Below are positions 27,768 to 37,813 of a stretch of 64,000 nt of DNA, in pieces (positions within the stretch are counted from its first letter, which is position 1; every line of letters starts with the position of its first letter). The stretch lies in the NCBI GenBank assembly GCA_011048995.1, contig DSCS01000057.1, forward strand, positions 2,541 through 66,540, in the 5' to 3' direction. A program made the position numbers and the translations under genes. The notes beneath the pieces are model-generated. The model ran no database searches and was not told the DNA's origin. It worked only from the letters and a program-made list of their open reading frames with translations. The DNA comes from Bacillota bacterium (lineage in GTDB: Bacteria; Macinerneyibacteriota; Macinerneyibacteria; Macinerneyibacteriales; DSCS01).

Positions 27768-29116
27768 AACGGATAATCACTTATTCAGCTTTTATTCTCC
27801 TCATCGCCTTAAGCGCCTGTTCAAAACAAGATCTGGCATCTGTGGGCGACCGAGTGATCACAGAGGGAGAATTGAACAGACAGATGATGAGAATGGACCC
27901 TGAAGTCCTGCAACGCCTCGGCGAAAATGAACTCAAAAAGATCCTTTTGGAGCGTATGATTGAAAATGAGCTTCTCTATCAGGATCTGCTGAATCAAAAA
28001 TATGATGCCGGCGAAGAGATCGCCGCACGTTGGGAAGAGATCAAACCGGATGTGGAGATGACCTACTTCGTCAATGAGTACATCCGTTTTGAAGCCCCTC
28101 TTTCTTCAAAAAAACTGAAGGCGGCTTATGAAGAACGCATTGATCAGTTTACGACTCCTGAAAAAGTTAAAGCCAGCCATATTCTGGTCAGCACAGGAGA
28201 AAAGAGAAGCGTGGAATCAGCCCGGGCACAAATCGAAGAGATTCAAAAAAAACGGAAGGCAAAGGAAAAAACTTTCTCAGAATTGGCTAAAGAATATTCC
28301 GAATGCCCCAGCAGCAGCCGCGGCGGTGATCTGGGATGGTTTTCCCGGGGGCAGATGGTTCCTTCCTTTGAAGAAGCAGCTTTCAGTATGAAAAAGGGAG
28401 ATATCTCAACTGAGCCGGTCCTCACCCAATTCGGACTTCATCTTATTCAAATCACGGACAGACAAGCTGAAGGAAAGATCCCCTTTAAGGAAGCTCAGTT
28501 TAAGCTGAAGGAAGATGTTTACAACACGATCCTTAAAGAAGAGTATAAAATCGCTGTCTATCCCGAAAAAGCTTCTCTGAAGCCTTCAACTGATATTGTG
28601 GGTGAAATCCAAAGCATTTCCTACAAATACACAAACGAAGCCTTCCTCAATGACCTTTCCCGATGGATGAATCAGAAGACCATGGAAATGCTTTTCAAAA
28701 ATGCCGACGCCCTCTACGGGACGATCAATGATCTGATCATCCGCAAGGCTTACCGCTCCGTGATCGATGAGAAGGCATTGCATGAAAACGAAAATTATCA
28801 TCGTTTTATGGAACAAGGGAAGCGGCAATTTTTAGTACAGAATTATCTTGAAGAGATGTTTTTTAAGGATATTAAGACTACTCCTGAAGAAATGCGCAAT
28901 TTTTATGAAAATAATCCTGAATTGATGCAAAATTTAGCCCGCCAATACGGAGAACGTTTTCTGAAAGACGCTCCTTTCAGACACTCTAAAGAAAAAGAGT
29001 TTTTCCCCTATCTGGAACAGGAGATCGTAAACACAAAGAAAGAACAGATCTATCATCAATACATCAATACGCTAAAAAATAAATATCCTGTTGAAGTCCT
29101 TGCATCATTCGACTGA
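27764..29116 (+). CDS. PpiC-type (parvulin) peptidyl-prolyl isomerase lipoprotein, SurA/PrsA-like.
   Basis: The lipobox reads LIALSAC. The parvulin domain reads VKASHILV...GGDLGWFSRGQMVPSFEEAAF. Confidence 0.75.
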   Translation: MKRIITYSAFILLIALSACSKQDLASVGDRVITEGELNRQMMRMDPEVLQRLGENELKKILLERMIENELLYQDLLNQKYDAGEEIAARWEEIKPDVEMTYFVNEYIRFEAPLSSKKLKAAYEERIDQFTTPEKVKASHILVSTGEKRSVESARAQIEEIQKKRKAKEKTFSELAKEYSECPSSSRGGDLGWFSRGQMVPSFEEAAFSMKKGDISTEPVLTQFGLHLIQITDRQAEGKIPFKEAQFKLKEDVYNTILKEEYKIAVYPEKASLKPSTDIVGEIQSISYKYTNEAFLNDLSRWMNQKTMEMLFKNADALYGTINDLIIRKAYRSVIDEKALHENENYHRFMEQGKRQFLVQNYLEEMFFKDIKTTPEEMRNFYENNPELMQNLARQYGERFLKDAPFRHSKEKEFFPYLEQEIVNTKKEQIYHQYINTLKNKYPVEVLASFD

Positions 29117-29118
29117 AA

Positions 29119-29955
29119 TCAACGGGCCCCGGAACTTGTTATTCCGGGGCTTTTTCTCTTTTTCATCAGCCCTTTTATCCATCTGGCTGCCCCATATCCT
29201 GCGGAAGCGACAATAATAATCGTTGCTCCGGAGGGAAGATTCAACGCAAAAGCCAGGGTCAGGCCTATAATGTTAAAAAACACAGCGAAAAAAGCGGCTA
29301 AAATCATCATCGAAGAGAGCCTTTTGCTGAACAAATTTGCAGCCGAAGCCGGCAAAGCCAGTAACGCTATGACCAGAACCAACCCGACAATTCTGGTCAG
29401 CAAAACAATAGCCACCGCGATGACAGCTAAAAAGAGAAAGGCCATAAGATTAACAGGCAGCCCTCTCATGGCTGCATATTCTTCATCGAAAGAGACATAA
29501 AGAATATGACGGCGGAAAAGAAGCACCGCTCCTGTCAAAATCAGATCCAGTATTCCCAAAGCCCAAAGGTTTCCCGGTGTTACAATAAGAATATTCCCGA
29601 AAAGATATGAAATGAGATCGACAGTATAACCCGGGGTCAATGAAAGGAACAGAATACCCAAAGCCATTCCCAAAGACCACAAAGAGGCTATAACCGTATC
29701 TTCTCTTTCTTTCATGCGGTTTTTGGCAAAGACAAGGACCAGCACAAAAAGAAGGGCTGCTGCAAAAGCGCCCCACATGGGGTCAAAGGAGAGAAAAACA
29801 GCTAAACCGATGCCTCCGAGAACCGCATGGGCCAGCCCCCCGCTCATGACAGCCAGGCGCCTCGTCACCACAAAGGTTCCGGTTATCCCTGCGGCAACTC
29901 CCGATAATATCGCTGCAGTCAGGGAGAAAAGATAAATACCGGTCAAATGGTTCAT
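29119..29955 (-). CDS. znuB: Metal ABC transporter permease (ZnuB/ABC-3 family).
   Basis: 278 aa, polytopic, of the ABC-3 family. Confidence 0.8.
   Translation of the reverse strand: MNHLTGIYLFSLTAAILSGVAAGITGTFVVTRRLAVMSGGLAHAVLGGIGLAVFLSFDPMWGAFAAALLFVLVLVFAKNRMKEREDTVIASLWSLGMALGILFLSLTPGYTVDLISYLFGNILIVTPGNLWALGILDLILTGAVLLFRRHILYVSFDEEYAAMRGLPVNLMAFLFLAVIAVAIVLLTRIVGLVLVIALLALPASAANLFSKRLSSMMILAAFFAVFFNIIGLTLAFALNLPSGATIIIVASAGYGAARWIKGLMKKRKSPGITSSGAR
29125..29160 (+). terminator. Rho-independent terminator of the prolyl isomerase operon, embedded in the 3' coding end of convergent znuB.
   Basis: A perfect 8-bp stem, CCCCGGAA with TTCCGGGG, has a 7-nt loop and is followed by CTTTTTCTCTTTTT. 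Confidence 0.6.
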
Positions 29956-29965
29956 GACTTCTCCT

Positions 29966-30703
29966 TTACAACCCGCACTGGTGGCGGATTTGAGTCACTT
30001 TATGGCCGTAAGGGGAAAACCCTTCCGAATCATCAGCGACTTCATCAAGGCGATGACAGGCAGAGCGTCTGTTCAGGCAGATCACTTTGTTTACATAAGA
30101 GGAGACGAAAGCCATGTCATGAGTGACCAGGAGAATCGTCATCTGTTTATTCATCTCTTTCAGTAAATCATAAATATCTTCCTCAACAGAGATGTCGACG
30201 CTGGATGTAGGCTCATCAAGGATCAACAGCTCCGGAGAAGATATGAGGGCTCTGGCTAAAAGGGTCCTCTGTTTTTGTCCCCCCGAAAGGTCGCTGAAAC
30301 GCTTTTTTCCCAAAGAAACGATCTCCAGCTTTTCCATGATCTCTTCCGCTTTTTTAAGATACTCTTTTTTCCAGGACGGACCCAGCAAATTTTTGTGAAA
30401 GATCCCCTGGAGAGTGACATCAAGGACCGTAATGGGAAAGTCAGGGTCAAACCCGCTGAATTGGGGGACATAACCAATACGAGGGCCGGCTTTTTGTGGA
30501 GAAATCCCGAATACAGAGAGATCCCCCTTCGCCGGAGAAAGAAGTCCGGTCAGTAATTTCACAAACGTCGTCTTCCCTCCCCCGTTAGGCCCTACAAGGG
30601 CGGCAAAATCATTTTCTTCCAGAGAGAGGGTGATCTCTTCCAGGATATATTCCTCTTCATAGGCAAACCAAACGCCGCGGCTTTCTACAACACTTTTTTT
30701 CAT
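29966..30703 (-). CDS. znuC: Metal ABC transporter ATP-binding protein.
   Basis: Walker A GPNGGGKTT, the signature LSGGQKQR and Walker B ILDEPT are present. Confidence 0.85.
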   Translation of the reverse strand: MKKSVVESRGVWFAYEEEYILEEITLSLEENDFAALVGPNGGGKTTFVKLLTGLLSPAKGDLSVFGISPQKAGPRIGYVPQFSGFDPDFPITVLDVTLQGIFHKNLLGPSWKKEYLKKAEEIMEKLEIVSLGKKRFSDLSGGQKQRTLLARALISSPELLILDEPTSSVDISVEEDIYDLLKEMNKQMTILLVTHDMAFVSSYVNKVICLNRRSACHRLDEVADDSEGFSPYGHKVTQIRHQCGL

Positions 30704-31599
30704 GGGGCGCCCCTTTTTGAAACGGCCCGGGCCGCTTCACGTAAAAGCTCCGGATAATCTCTTCCCAAAGGCTCAAGAAGAATAACATCGGCCTCTAACG
30801 CTTTTGCAATAGCCTTGGCAGCATGAGCGCTGAACTCCTTCTGTATGATGACAGACTTGACCCCTTTGCTTCTCAGCAATGCGACCAAAGACGTCATTTC
30901 ACGGGGGGCCGGTTCTCTCCCTGCAATTTCAATAGGAATCTGCACTAAGCCGAATTCATCACAAAAATAACCCCATGAAGGATGAAAGACAGCAAAAGGC
31001 TGCGGCTCTCCCTCATCCAATATGACACGGATCTCTTTTTGAAGCAGTGTGAGCTCGTAGAGGAGAGTATCTCTCCTTTCTTTGTATGATGAAGCCTTTT
31101 CGGGATCATCTTGGATTAAAGCCTCGGCTATGTTTTTAACCATCTGTTTTGCCAGCCGGGGACTCAGCCAGACATGGGGATCTTTCAGGCCATGCCCATG
31201 CCCCTCTTCATGTTTCTTATCCTTAGGAAAAATATCATGGGCCGTCTCAACAGCCCGCTTCCGGATCCCTGCTGTGGTATCCACGACCGATAAAGAAGGA
31301 AACCGACTTTTGAGCCGGGGAACCCAGGCTTCTTCGAATGGAACACCCACCGTAAAAAAGAAACGGGCTTCAGACAATTTTTGCACCTGTCGGGGGCGGG
31401 GTTCGTAAGTGGCCGGGCTTTCACCGGCACGGACCATAATTTCGATTTGGAATCTCTCGCCGGCAAGCTTTTCCAAAAAATAGGCTTGGGAAGGAATACT
31501 CACAAAGATTACAGGCTTTTGCTTCTGTAAATCTTTCTGGCCGGAACAGGCGGTTATCAGCAATAAAACCGCTATTGCCGTGAATACTTTTCGTATCAT
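30700..31599 (-). CDS. znuA: Zinc ABC transporter substrate-binding lipoprotein with a His-rich loop.
   Basis: The TroA-like fold carries the loop HEEGHGHGLKDPHVW. The start is trimmed to MIRKV (lipoprotein signal LITACSG), which gives an ATGA overlap with the zur stop. Confidence 0.8.
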   Translation of the reverse strand: MIRKVFTAIAVLLLITACSGQKDLQKQKPVIFVSIPSQAYFLEKLAGERFQIEIMVRAGESPATYEPRPRQVQKLSEARFFFTVGVPFEEAWVPRLKSRFPSLSVVDTTAGIRKRAVETAHDIFPKDKKHEEGHGHGLKDPHVWLSPRLAKQMVKNIAEALIQDDPEKASSYKERRDTLLYELTLLQKEIRVILDEGEPQPFAVFHPSWGYFCDEFGLVQIPIEIAGREPAPREMTSLVALLRSKGVKSVIIQKEFSAHAAKAIAKALEADVILLEPLGRDYPELLREAARAVSKRGAP

Positions 31600-31997
31600 G
31601 TTTTTTGCCTTTCCCTTTTTGCCCTGGCACGGGCGCATGTCGGGCACAGCCCTCTGAAAAGAAGCTTATGGCTGAGAATCATATAGGAAAAGGCTTCTTT
31701 CAGCTCTTTTTCCAAGACAGACGAGGGGCAACGGGTAAAAGTTATGATTTCATGACAATCCTGACAAACAAGGAAATGGCCGTTTTTTTTGCCGCTGTAA
31801 TAATGCTTTTTAGCTCGGAAAAAGGTCACACTGTTGACCCTCCCCGACATCTCAAGCCTTTTTAACGCTCTGTAGACGGTGGAGAGATCCGGCCTTTCCG
31901 GAATCCGTTCCGCCAGCTCCCCGGCATCCAAAGCTTTATCCTCTTTGTCAAGGATCTTCTCAATAGCATCATCTGTCATGGCGGCATGTTTCAAAGC
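31596..31997 (-). CDS. zur: Fur-family metalloregulator, probably Zur.
   Basis: The C-terminus has CQDCH...CPTC and sits immediately upstream of znuABC. The start is uncertain. It is either a TTG at 31997 preceded by AAGGAG, or an ATG at 31979. Confidence 0.7.
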   Translation of the reverse strand, partial: ALKHAAMTDDAIEKILDKEDKALDAGELAERIPERPDLSTVYRALKRLEMSGRVNSVTFFRAKKHYYSGKKNGHFLVCQDCHEIITFTRCPSSVLEKELKEAFSYMILSHKLLFRGLCPTCARARAKRERQKT

Positions 31998-32008
31998 AAC
32001 TCCTTTGC

Positions 32009-32021
32009 GCAAATCATTTGC
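32009..32021. promoter_or_regulatory. Perfect 13-bp palindrome GCAAATCATTTGC (Fur/Zur-box-like) in the zur-nitrilase divergent region.
   Basis: Read directly from the sequence. The centre AATCATT matches the Fur-box core, and it lies about 12 nt upstream of the zur start. Confidence 0.4.
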
Positions 32022-32101
32022 ATAATCGTATCAAAAAAAAGACCTCATGTCAAGAAAAGGCTCTTCTTGAATCTCCTTACTCGTTGTGATAGAATAGGCC
32101 T

Positions 32102-32869
32102 ATGATAGCAGCTTATTATCAATTCAGCCCCAAAACAGGTAAAGCCGGCCAAAATATCGCTTCTGTCCTGAAGGCCGTCGAAAAAAATGATTTTGATCTT
32201 TTGGTGCTTCCTGAATTGTGTACAACCGGTTACGGGCTGACTCAAGAAGAAAGCCGGCAGTGGAGTGAACCGGTACCTGACGGGCCCACGACCAAAGCCT
32301 TTCTGGACTATTCCCGTTCACGGCAATGCACCATTGTCTGGGGAATGGCTGAGCGTGAAGGCTGTCATGTCTACAACAGCGCTGTCCTTGTCCACAAAGG
32401 GTATTATCTCGGTAAATACAGGAAGATCCATCTTTTCCTGAATGAAAAAGACATCTTTACCCCCGGAAACCTCCCTTTCACTGTCTGGGAAGTCGAAGGC
32501 GTAAAGATCGGACTGATGATTTGTTTTGATTGGGCTTTCCCTGAAGCAGCCCGCACTTTAGGCGCCCGCGGAGCCCAGGTTATCGCTCATCCCTCCAACC
32601 TGGTTTTGCCCTTATGTCAAAAGGCGATGCCGATCAGAGCTTTGGAAAACCGCATTTTTACAATAACGGCAAACCGTTGCGGCCGGGAGCGGGGCCTCTC
32701 CTTTACCGGAAAAAGCCTCATCTGCGCCCCTGACGGCAGCGTCCTCTCCCGGGCTTCAAAACAGGCGGCTTTCGGTTATGCCGTTCTTGACCCCCGTGAA
32801 GCTTTAAATAAGTCACTGACACCCCGCAACTCCGTTTTTGAAGACCGCAGGCCTTCATTTTATCTCTGA
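32102..32869 (+). CDS. Carbon-nitrogen hydrolase (nitrilase superfamily).
   Basis: 255 aa with the catalytic E, K and C blocks (LPEL, RKIHLF, MICFDWAFPE). Confidence 0.8.
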   Translation: MIAAYYQFSPKTGKAGQNIASVLKAVEKNDFDLLVLPELCTTGYGLTQEESRQWSEPVPDGPTTKAFLDYSRSRQCTIVWGMAEREGCHVYNSAVLVHKGYYLGKYRKIHLFLNEKDIFTPGNLPFTVWEVEGVKIGLMICFDWAFPEAARTLGARGAQVIAHPSNLVLPLCQKAMPIRALENRIFTITANRCGRERGLSFTGKSLICAPDGSVLSRASKQAAFGYAVLDPREALNKSLTPRNSVFEDRRPSFYL

Positions 32870-32880
32870 AAGGAGCCTTT

Positions 32881-34467
32881 ATGGAAAATCGGAGTATTTA
32901 CGACCAACGTCTTACCGAGATGTTGGATAAAGTCGCCGATGAGATTAAAAATTACTCCATCGGTTTTATCAGCCATATTAAGAAACTGGCAGAAATCGGC
33001 ATCTCTCTGACATCAGAAAAAAATGTCAATAAGATCCTGGAAATGATCGTGGAAGAAGCCAAAAACTTTACCAATGCTGATGCCGGCACTCTTTATTCCG
33101 TAGAAGGAGATATTCTTATTTTCGAAATCCTCTATAATGACACTTTAGGGGTCAAACAAGGCGGAACCACGGGAACCCCCATCAAACTCCCGCCTGTACC
33201 CATTCACAAGCAGAATGTCTCGGGGTATGTGGCTAAAACAGGAGAGATCATCAATATCCCCGATGTCTATGAAGACAATACTTTTGATTTTACCGGACCT
33301 AAAAAATATGATGCCCAGACAGGTTATCGCTCGCAATCCTTTTTGGTCGTCCCCTTGAGAGATCATGAAAACACCATTATCGGAGTCCTGCAGCTTCTTA
33401 ACGCCAAGAACAAAGATACCGGAGAAGTCATTCCGTTTGCTCCTGAATATGAGGACATCATCTATTCCCTGGCCTCTCAGGCCGCTGTCGCCATCACCAA
33501 CGCCCGGCTGATCAAAGACATTGAGACCATGCTGAATTCTTTCGTCAAAGTCATGGCCACCGCCATCGATGAAAGGACACCCTACAACAAAGAACATACA
33601 GCCCGGGTCGCCTGCTATACTGTGGCATTGGCTTCTCAGATCAACGAGATCGCCGAAGGCCCTTATAAAGACATTTACTTTACCGAAGAAAAACTGGCCG
33701 AATTGAATATGGCCGCATGGCTTCATGATGTGGGAAAAGTCACTACTCCTGAAATCGTCATGGACAAATCCACAAAATTAGAATGCAAGATGGACCGGCT
33801 GGAACTCATTCTTCAGCGAATCGAGCTGATCCGTAAAGAATCCAAAATCATGGAATTGTCGGGATCGTCAGACAAAAAAGCGAATAGCGCCTTTGAAAAA
33901 AAACTCTCCCAATACGAAAATTTTATAAAAAAGGCCAATAATCCCGGGGAATCCCTAAATGAAAGAGACTTACAGCTCCTGGAAGAGCTTCGCGCTTTCC
34001 GCTTCAAGGGGCATGAGGGGGAAAAGCTCTGCATCATTACCGAAGAAGAGTATGAAAACCTTTCCATTGCGCGGGGGACATTGAACCCCCGTGAGCGGAC
34101 GATCATGGAAAATCATGTTATGGTTACAGAAAAACTCCTTTCCAATATGCCGTTCATCAAAAAATACAAGAATGTACCCGAGATCGCCGCCGCTCATCAC
34201 GAAAAGATCAACGGAAAGGGATATCCTCACAAGCTCAAAAATGAAGAAATTCCTGTCGGCGGAAAGATCATGGCCATTGCCGATCTTTTTGATGCTCTCA
34301 CCGCCAGTGACAGGCCCTACAAAAAAGCCATGACAGACGAAGAGGCCTTTGTTATATTGGACAAGGCTGCTGAAAACAATGAAATCGACAAGGATCTGCT
34401 CACGATTTTCCGGGACAGTAAAATATACGCCACGGATACACATAAGAAAGGAGTCTTTGAAACATGA
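32881..34467 (+). CDS. GAF-domain HD-GYP cyclic-di-GMP phosphodiesterase.
   Basis: 528 aa. An N-terminal GAF domain is followed by the HD motif AAWLHDVGK and the HD-GYP motif HHEKINGKGYP. Confidence 0.8.
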   Translation: MENRSIYDQRLTEMLDKVADEIKNYSIGFISHIKKLAEIGISLTSEKNVNKILEMIVEEAKNFTNADAGTLYSVEGDILIFEILYNDTLGVKQGGTTGTPIKLPPVPIHKQNVSGYVAKTGEIINIPDVYEDNTFDFTGPKKYDAQTGYRSQSFLVVPLRDHENTIIGVLQLLNAKNKDTGEVIPFAPEYEDIIYSLASQAAVAITNARLIKDIETMLNSFVKVMATAIDERTPYNKEHTARVACYTVALASQINEIAEGPYKDIYFTEEKLAELNMAAWLHDVGKVTTPEIVMDKSTKLECKMDRLELILQRIELIRKESKIMELSGSSDKKANSAFEKKLSQYENFIKKANNPGESLNERDLQLLEELRAFRFKGHEGEKLCIITEEEYENLSIARGTLNPRERTIMENHVMVTEKLLSNMPFIKKYKNVPEIAAAHHEKINGKGYPHKLKNEEIPVGGKIMAIADLFDALTASDRPYKKAMTDEEAFVILDKAAENNEIDKDLLTIFRDSKIYATDTHKKGVFET

Positions 34468-35108
34468 TTGACAACATCGCTCTTATTCCCCTCCAGATAC
34501 TGGCCCTTCTCTATGCCATCGTCATCCATGAATGGGCCCACGGATATGCCGCTTATAAGATGGGAGACAACACAGCCTATGCCATGGGGCGGCTTACCCT
34601 CAACCCGATACGTCATATGGATCTCTTCGGGACGGTCCTTCTTCCCCTTTTACTGATCGTCACACGCTCCCCGATTCTTTTCGGGTGGGCCAAACCCGTT
34701 CCTGTCAACCCGAATAATTTCAGGGATTACAGAAAAGGAGAAGTCATCGTCTCATTGGCAGGAATCACAGCCAATATCATCTCCGCATTGGTCTTTACCG
34801 CTTTTGCCTTTTTACTCCGCCCCTTTTCATCGCAGGCTTTCTCCCGTCCGATGATTTTTTTCTTTATCATTGCTTCTGTGATCAATGTCGTCCTCTTCGC
34901 TTTTAACCTTATTCCCATCCCTCCCCTGGACGGCTCTCATATCCTTATGCTTCTTCTGCCCCCGAAACAAGCCCTTCTTTACCAACGGATCGCTCCCTAC
35001 GGGTTTTTTATCATCATCGGGCTTCTCTTTCTCGGAATCATCGATGTCTATCTGAGATCGGTTTTAAGCCTCTATTTTCTCATTACCGGGCTTCCCCTTA
35101 GTTTTTAA
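34464..35108 (+). CDS. Small site-2-protease-family (M50) membrane metalloprotease.
   Basis: 214 aa. HEWAH (HExxH) lies in a TM helix, with a downstream LDG motif. The start overlaps the HD-GYP stop by 4 nt. Confidence 0.7.
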   Translation: MIDNIALIPLQILALLYAIVIHEWAHGYAAYKMGDNTAYAMGRLTLNPIRHMDLFGTVLLPLLLIVTRSPILFGWAKPVPVNPNNFRDYRKGEVIVSLAGITANIISALVFTAFAFLLRPFSSQAFSRPMIFFFIIASVINVVLFAFNLIPIPPLDGSHILMLLLPPKQALLYQRIAPYGFFIIIGLLFLGIIDVYLRSVLSLYFLITGLPLSF

Positions 35109-35116
35109 GGAGAAAA

Positions 35117-35911
35117 ATGGATTCTTTGGCGAGACTCATAAACTTCACGGAGACGGGTTTACATTTTCCCGGCCCCTTCCATCGTGACCCCGACGGTAAA
35201 CTCTTTCTTCTTTTTGATGTCCCTCCGGAAGGGGTTCAGCCCTTGATCGACGGTAAAATCGCCGTGGGGGGCCTGAAAAGCACTTCAGATCTCATCCGCA
35301 TCGCATTGACAGTTCATCAGGGAAGCGCTCCTGCGCTTCTTCTGGAAGAACCACTTTCCCTTTCGCATTATGGAAAGGAAATTGAAGAGTTCTTGACACA
35401 AGAGAGTCAATATTTAGCCTTTTTCTACCGAGCCGAAAAAAAACGGTTTTTTGTTCTGGCAAAAAAGATCACATTAGATACAGGTTTAAAAAAAAGCCTT
35501 CTTTCTATGAAAGAGAGTTCTTTTCCGGCTATTCATCAAGTCCCCCTTTCCCAATGGGATTTGGAATCCTATATCCCCCTATCCTACACCCTTTACCGCC
35601 TTCAGGGAGACCTGACGGAAAGCCCCTCTCTCCTTCACTCTCTTCGGGAACCGGTTCTCTTCAGCAGCCCTTTCGCCCTGTGGACAGGATTGGACAGCGA
35701 AGGCTCTTTTTTACTCTCTAATATTCCTTTGTCCCGGCTGACTGTCCAAAAAGAAAATATTTCACCCCTGAAAACTGTGGCCCTTCCCTATGCTTTCTCC
35801 CGGAATGCCGGAGAGATCTTTCGGATCATCATCGACTCTGACGGATGGAAACGATTAAAAAAACGAGGATGTGCAGAATCCTATGAGAAAAATTACCCTT
35901 TCTGGGCTTAG
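35117..35911 (+). CDS. Hypothetical protein, 264 aa.
   Basis: It is co-directional and coupled to its neighbours. No motif could be recognised. Confidence 0.4.
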   Translation: MDSLARLINFTETGLHFPGPFHRDPDGKLFLLFDVPPEGVQPLIDGKIAVGGLKSTSDLIRIALTVHQGSAPALLLEEPLSLSHYGKEIEEFLTQESQYLAFFYRAEKKRFFVLAKKITLDTGLKKSLLSMKESSFPAIHQVPLSQWDLESYIPLSYTLYRLQGDLTESPSLLHSLREPVLFSSPFALWTGLDSEGSFLLSNIPLSRLTVQKENISPLKTVALPYAFSRNAGEIFRIIIDSDGWKRLKKRGCAESYEKNYPFWA

Positions 35912-37799
35912 CGCCGTTCTTCTGCTTTTTTTGCTACTCTATACACCAGGATGCTCTCCTCTCAGAAGAAAAGAGCCTCTTCGACCTCTGTACGGCATCG
36001 CTTTAGAGATGATCCGGGAGGAGAGGAGAGAGGAAGCGGCCGAACTTCTCGCTTCCGTTACCACCCGGGAACAAGTCTACCCGGCCGCTCTCATACGGGG
36101 CCTGGAACTGACAGCCGGAACCGACCATCCCCTTTATGCCCTTTTCCTTTCCCGCCTTTCGACTATCCTTCCCTCTTACCCTTATTTAGATGACTATTAC
36201 TATTTTTCCCTTATGCGCCAAAAATATCATCAAAAAGAATATGCCTACCTTAAAGAATATCAGGCCTATTTCGACCTGGTTCAGGAAGAGGATCTTTATA
36301 AAGAGCTCCTTTTCTATCACTTAGAGGCCCTTCTCGCTCTGGGTGAAGAAGAAGACGCTTTAAAGCAAGCCATAGACCTCTACGGGCGAAGGCTTCAAAA
36401 AAAGAGAAGTGAAGCACTGCAAGAAATCTTGTCATCCCTGCTCCTGGATAAGGGAATCGCCCTCCGGGGAGAAGAGTGGCGTATGCTTCCCCGTATTCCT
36501 TTGCCTGTATCCAAAGTCAAAAAGTACCTGTCGGCCCATCAGGAAGAATCCCGTTTTTGGTGGGATACCGCCTCGCGTTTTTTCTCTAAAAAAGAGCTGA
36601 CATCCTTAGGCGGGGATAAAAACGGTTATGTCCTGGCGAAATCCCTTGCAATAAACCCATCTTCCCCGGAAGACAGTGAACGGCTGGCTGAACTGATCAC
36701 CGATCCTGATCTTTCCTACCCTTCGCCCATAGCTGAACTCTTTCTTTCCCATTTTCCGGCTGATCACCGAGGTCCCTTCTTCTTTACTTTAATTGACCCT
36801 GATCAAAGAGAACACTCTTCTATAGCGGTATTCCGTGCGCTGCTTGAAAAGCGGAAATATTCGGCCCTGGAAGAATGGCTTGATTTCTGGACAGACAATG
36901 AATTCGACTCCTTTACTTCTACCCATGCGGCGCGCTGTCTATTTTGGAAAAGCTATCTTCTCTTCCAAAGGCAAGGGCTTTCCCCTGCTGTTGAAGAGGG
37001 TCTCACGGCCGCTGCCCGGAAAGCACCGCTGAGCTATTATCATTCTAAAGCAGCAGAGCTTTTAAACCTGCCCCTTCTTCATCCCCGCCTTTTTCTCTCT
37101 TCCCACAGACAGAAAAACTTTTCAGATAAAAAAATGGAATCTTTACTGGAAGCTTTGGGGGATTACCGGGATCATGACGGAATTCACATGATCCAGCTCT
37201 CTCTTGACAATCACCACTTTATGAATCATCTGCCCCTCTTTATGGACCAATATAGAAAACAGCAAAATTATTCATGGATGATCATCAGCAGCCGCTATCT
37301 TTGGAATACAGAAGGCCCATCCGTTGAACTGATTTCCTATCTCTACCCTGCAGGATATAAAGATGAGACCCAGTCCTTCAGTGTATTGGAAAAGGCTTCA
37401 TCCCCGTTAGTCTTTGCCGTTATTCATCAAGAGAGCCGTTTTATACCCATGGCGACATCCCGGGCCGGAGCCATGGGCCTCATGCAGCTTATGCCGGGAA
37501 CCTTTAGCGGGCTGGAAAAACACATTCGGAAAGCCCGTCTGGAAATGGATGCTTATGATGTCAGGGCCAATATCACCGCCGGCACAGCCTATTTAAAGAA
37601 TCTTCTCATCCGTTTCGATGAAAAAGAATATGCATTGGCTGCTTACAATGCCGGCCCTCATCGTGTTCAACGCTGGCTGGAAGAATTCGGAGCCCGTCCG
37701 CCAGAAGAATTTGCGGAGCTGATTCCTTACTATGAGACACGCGCTTACGTCTTCCGGGTCCTCGCGATGGAAGCCATTTACCGGGAATGCATTCTATAA
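35883..37799 (+). CDS. Lytic murein transglycosylase (SLT domain) lipoprotein.
   Basis: The C-terminal SLT motifs read ESRF, GLMQLMPGTF and AYNAGPHRV. The start is trimmed to the MRKITLSG signal peptide. Confidence 0.8.
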   Translation: MRKITLSGLSAVLLLFLLLYTPGCSPLRRKEPLRPLYGIALEMIREERREEAAELLASVTTREQVYPAALIRGLELTAGTDHPLYALFLSRLSTILPSYPYLDDYYYFSLMRQKYHQKEYAYLKEYQAYFDLVQEEDLYKELLFYHLEALLALGEEEDALKQAIDLYGRRLQKKRSEALQEILSSLLLDKGIALRGEEWRMLPRIPLPVSKVKKYLSAHQEESRFWWDTASRFFSKKELTSLGGDKNGYVLAKSLAINPSSPEDSERLAELITDPDLSYPSPIAELFLSHFPADHRGPFFFTLIDPDQREHSSIAVFRALLEKRKYSALEEWLDFWTDNEFDSFTSTHAARCLFWKSYLLFQRQGLSPAVEEGLTAAARKAPLSYYHSKAAELLNLPLLHPRLFLSSHRQKNFSDKKMESLLEALGDYRDHDGIHMIQLSLDNHHFMNHLPLFMDQYRKQQNYSWMIISSRYLWNTEGPSVELISYLYPAGYKDETQSFSVLEKASSPLVFAVIHQESRFIPMATSRAGAMGLMQLMPGTFSGLEKHIRKARLEMDAYDVRANITAGTAYLKNLLIRFDEKEYALAAYNAGPHRVQRWLEEFGARPPEEFAELIPYYETRAYVFRVLAMEAIYRECIL

Positions 37800-37813
37800 A
37801 ATAAGGAGAAATT

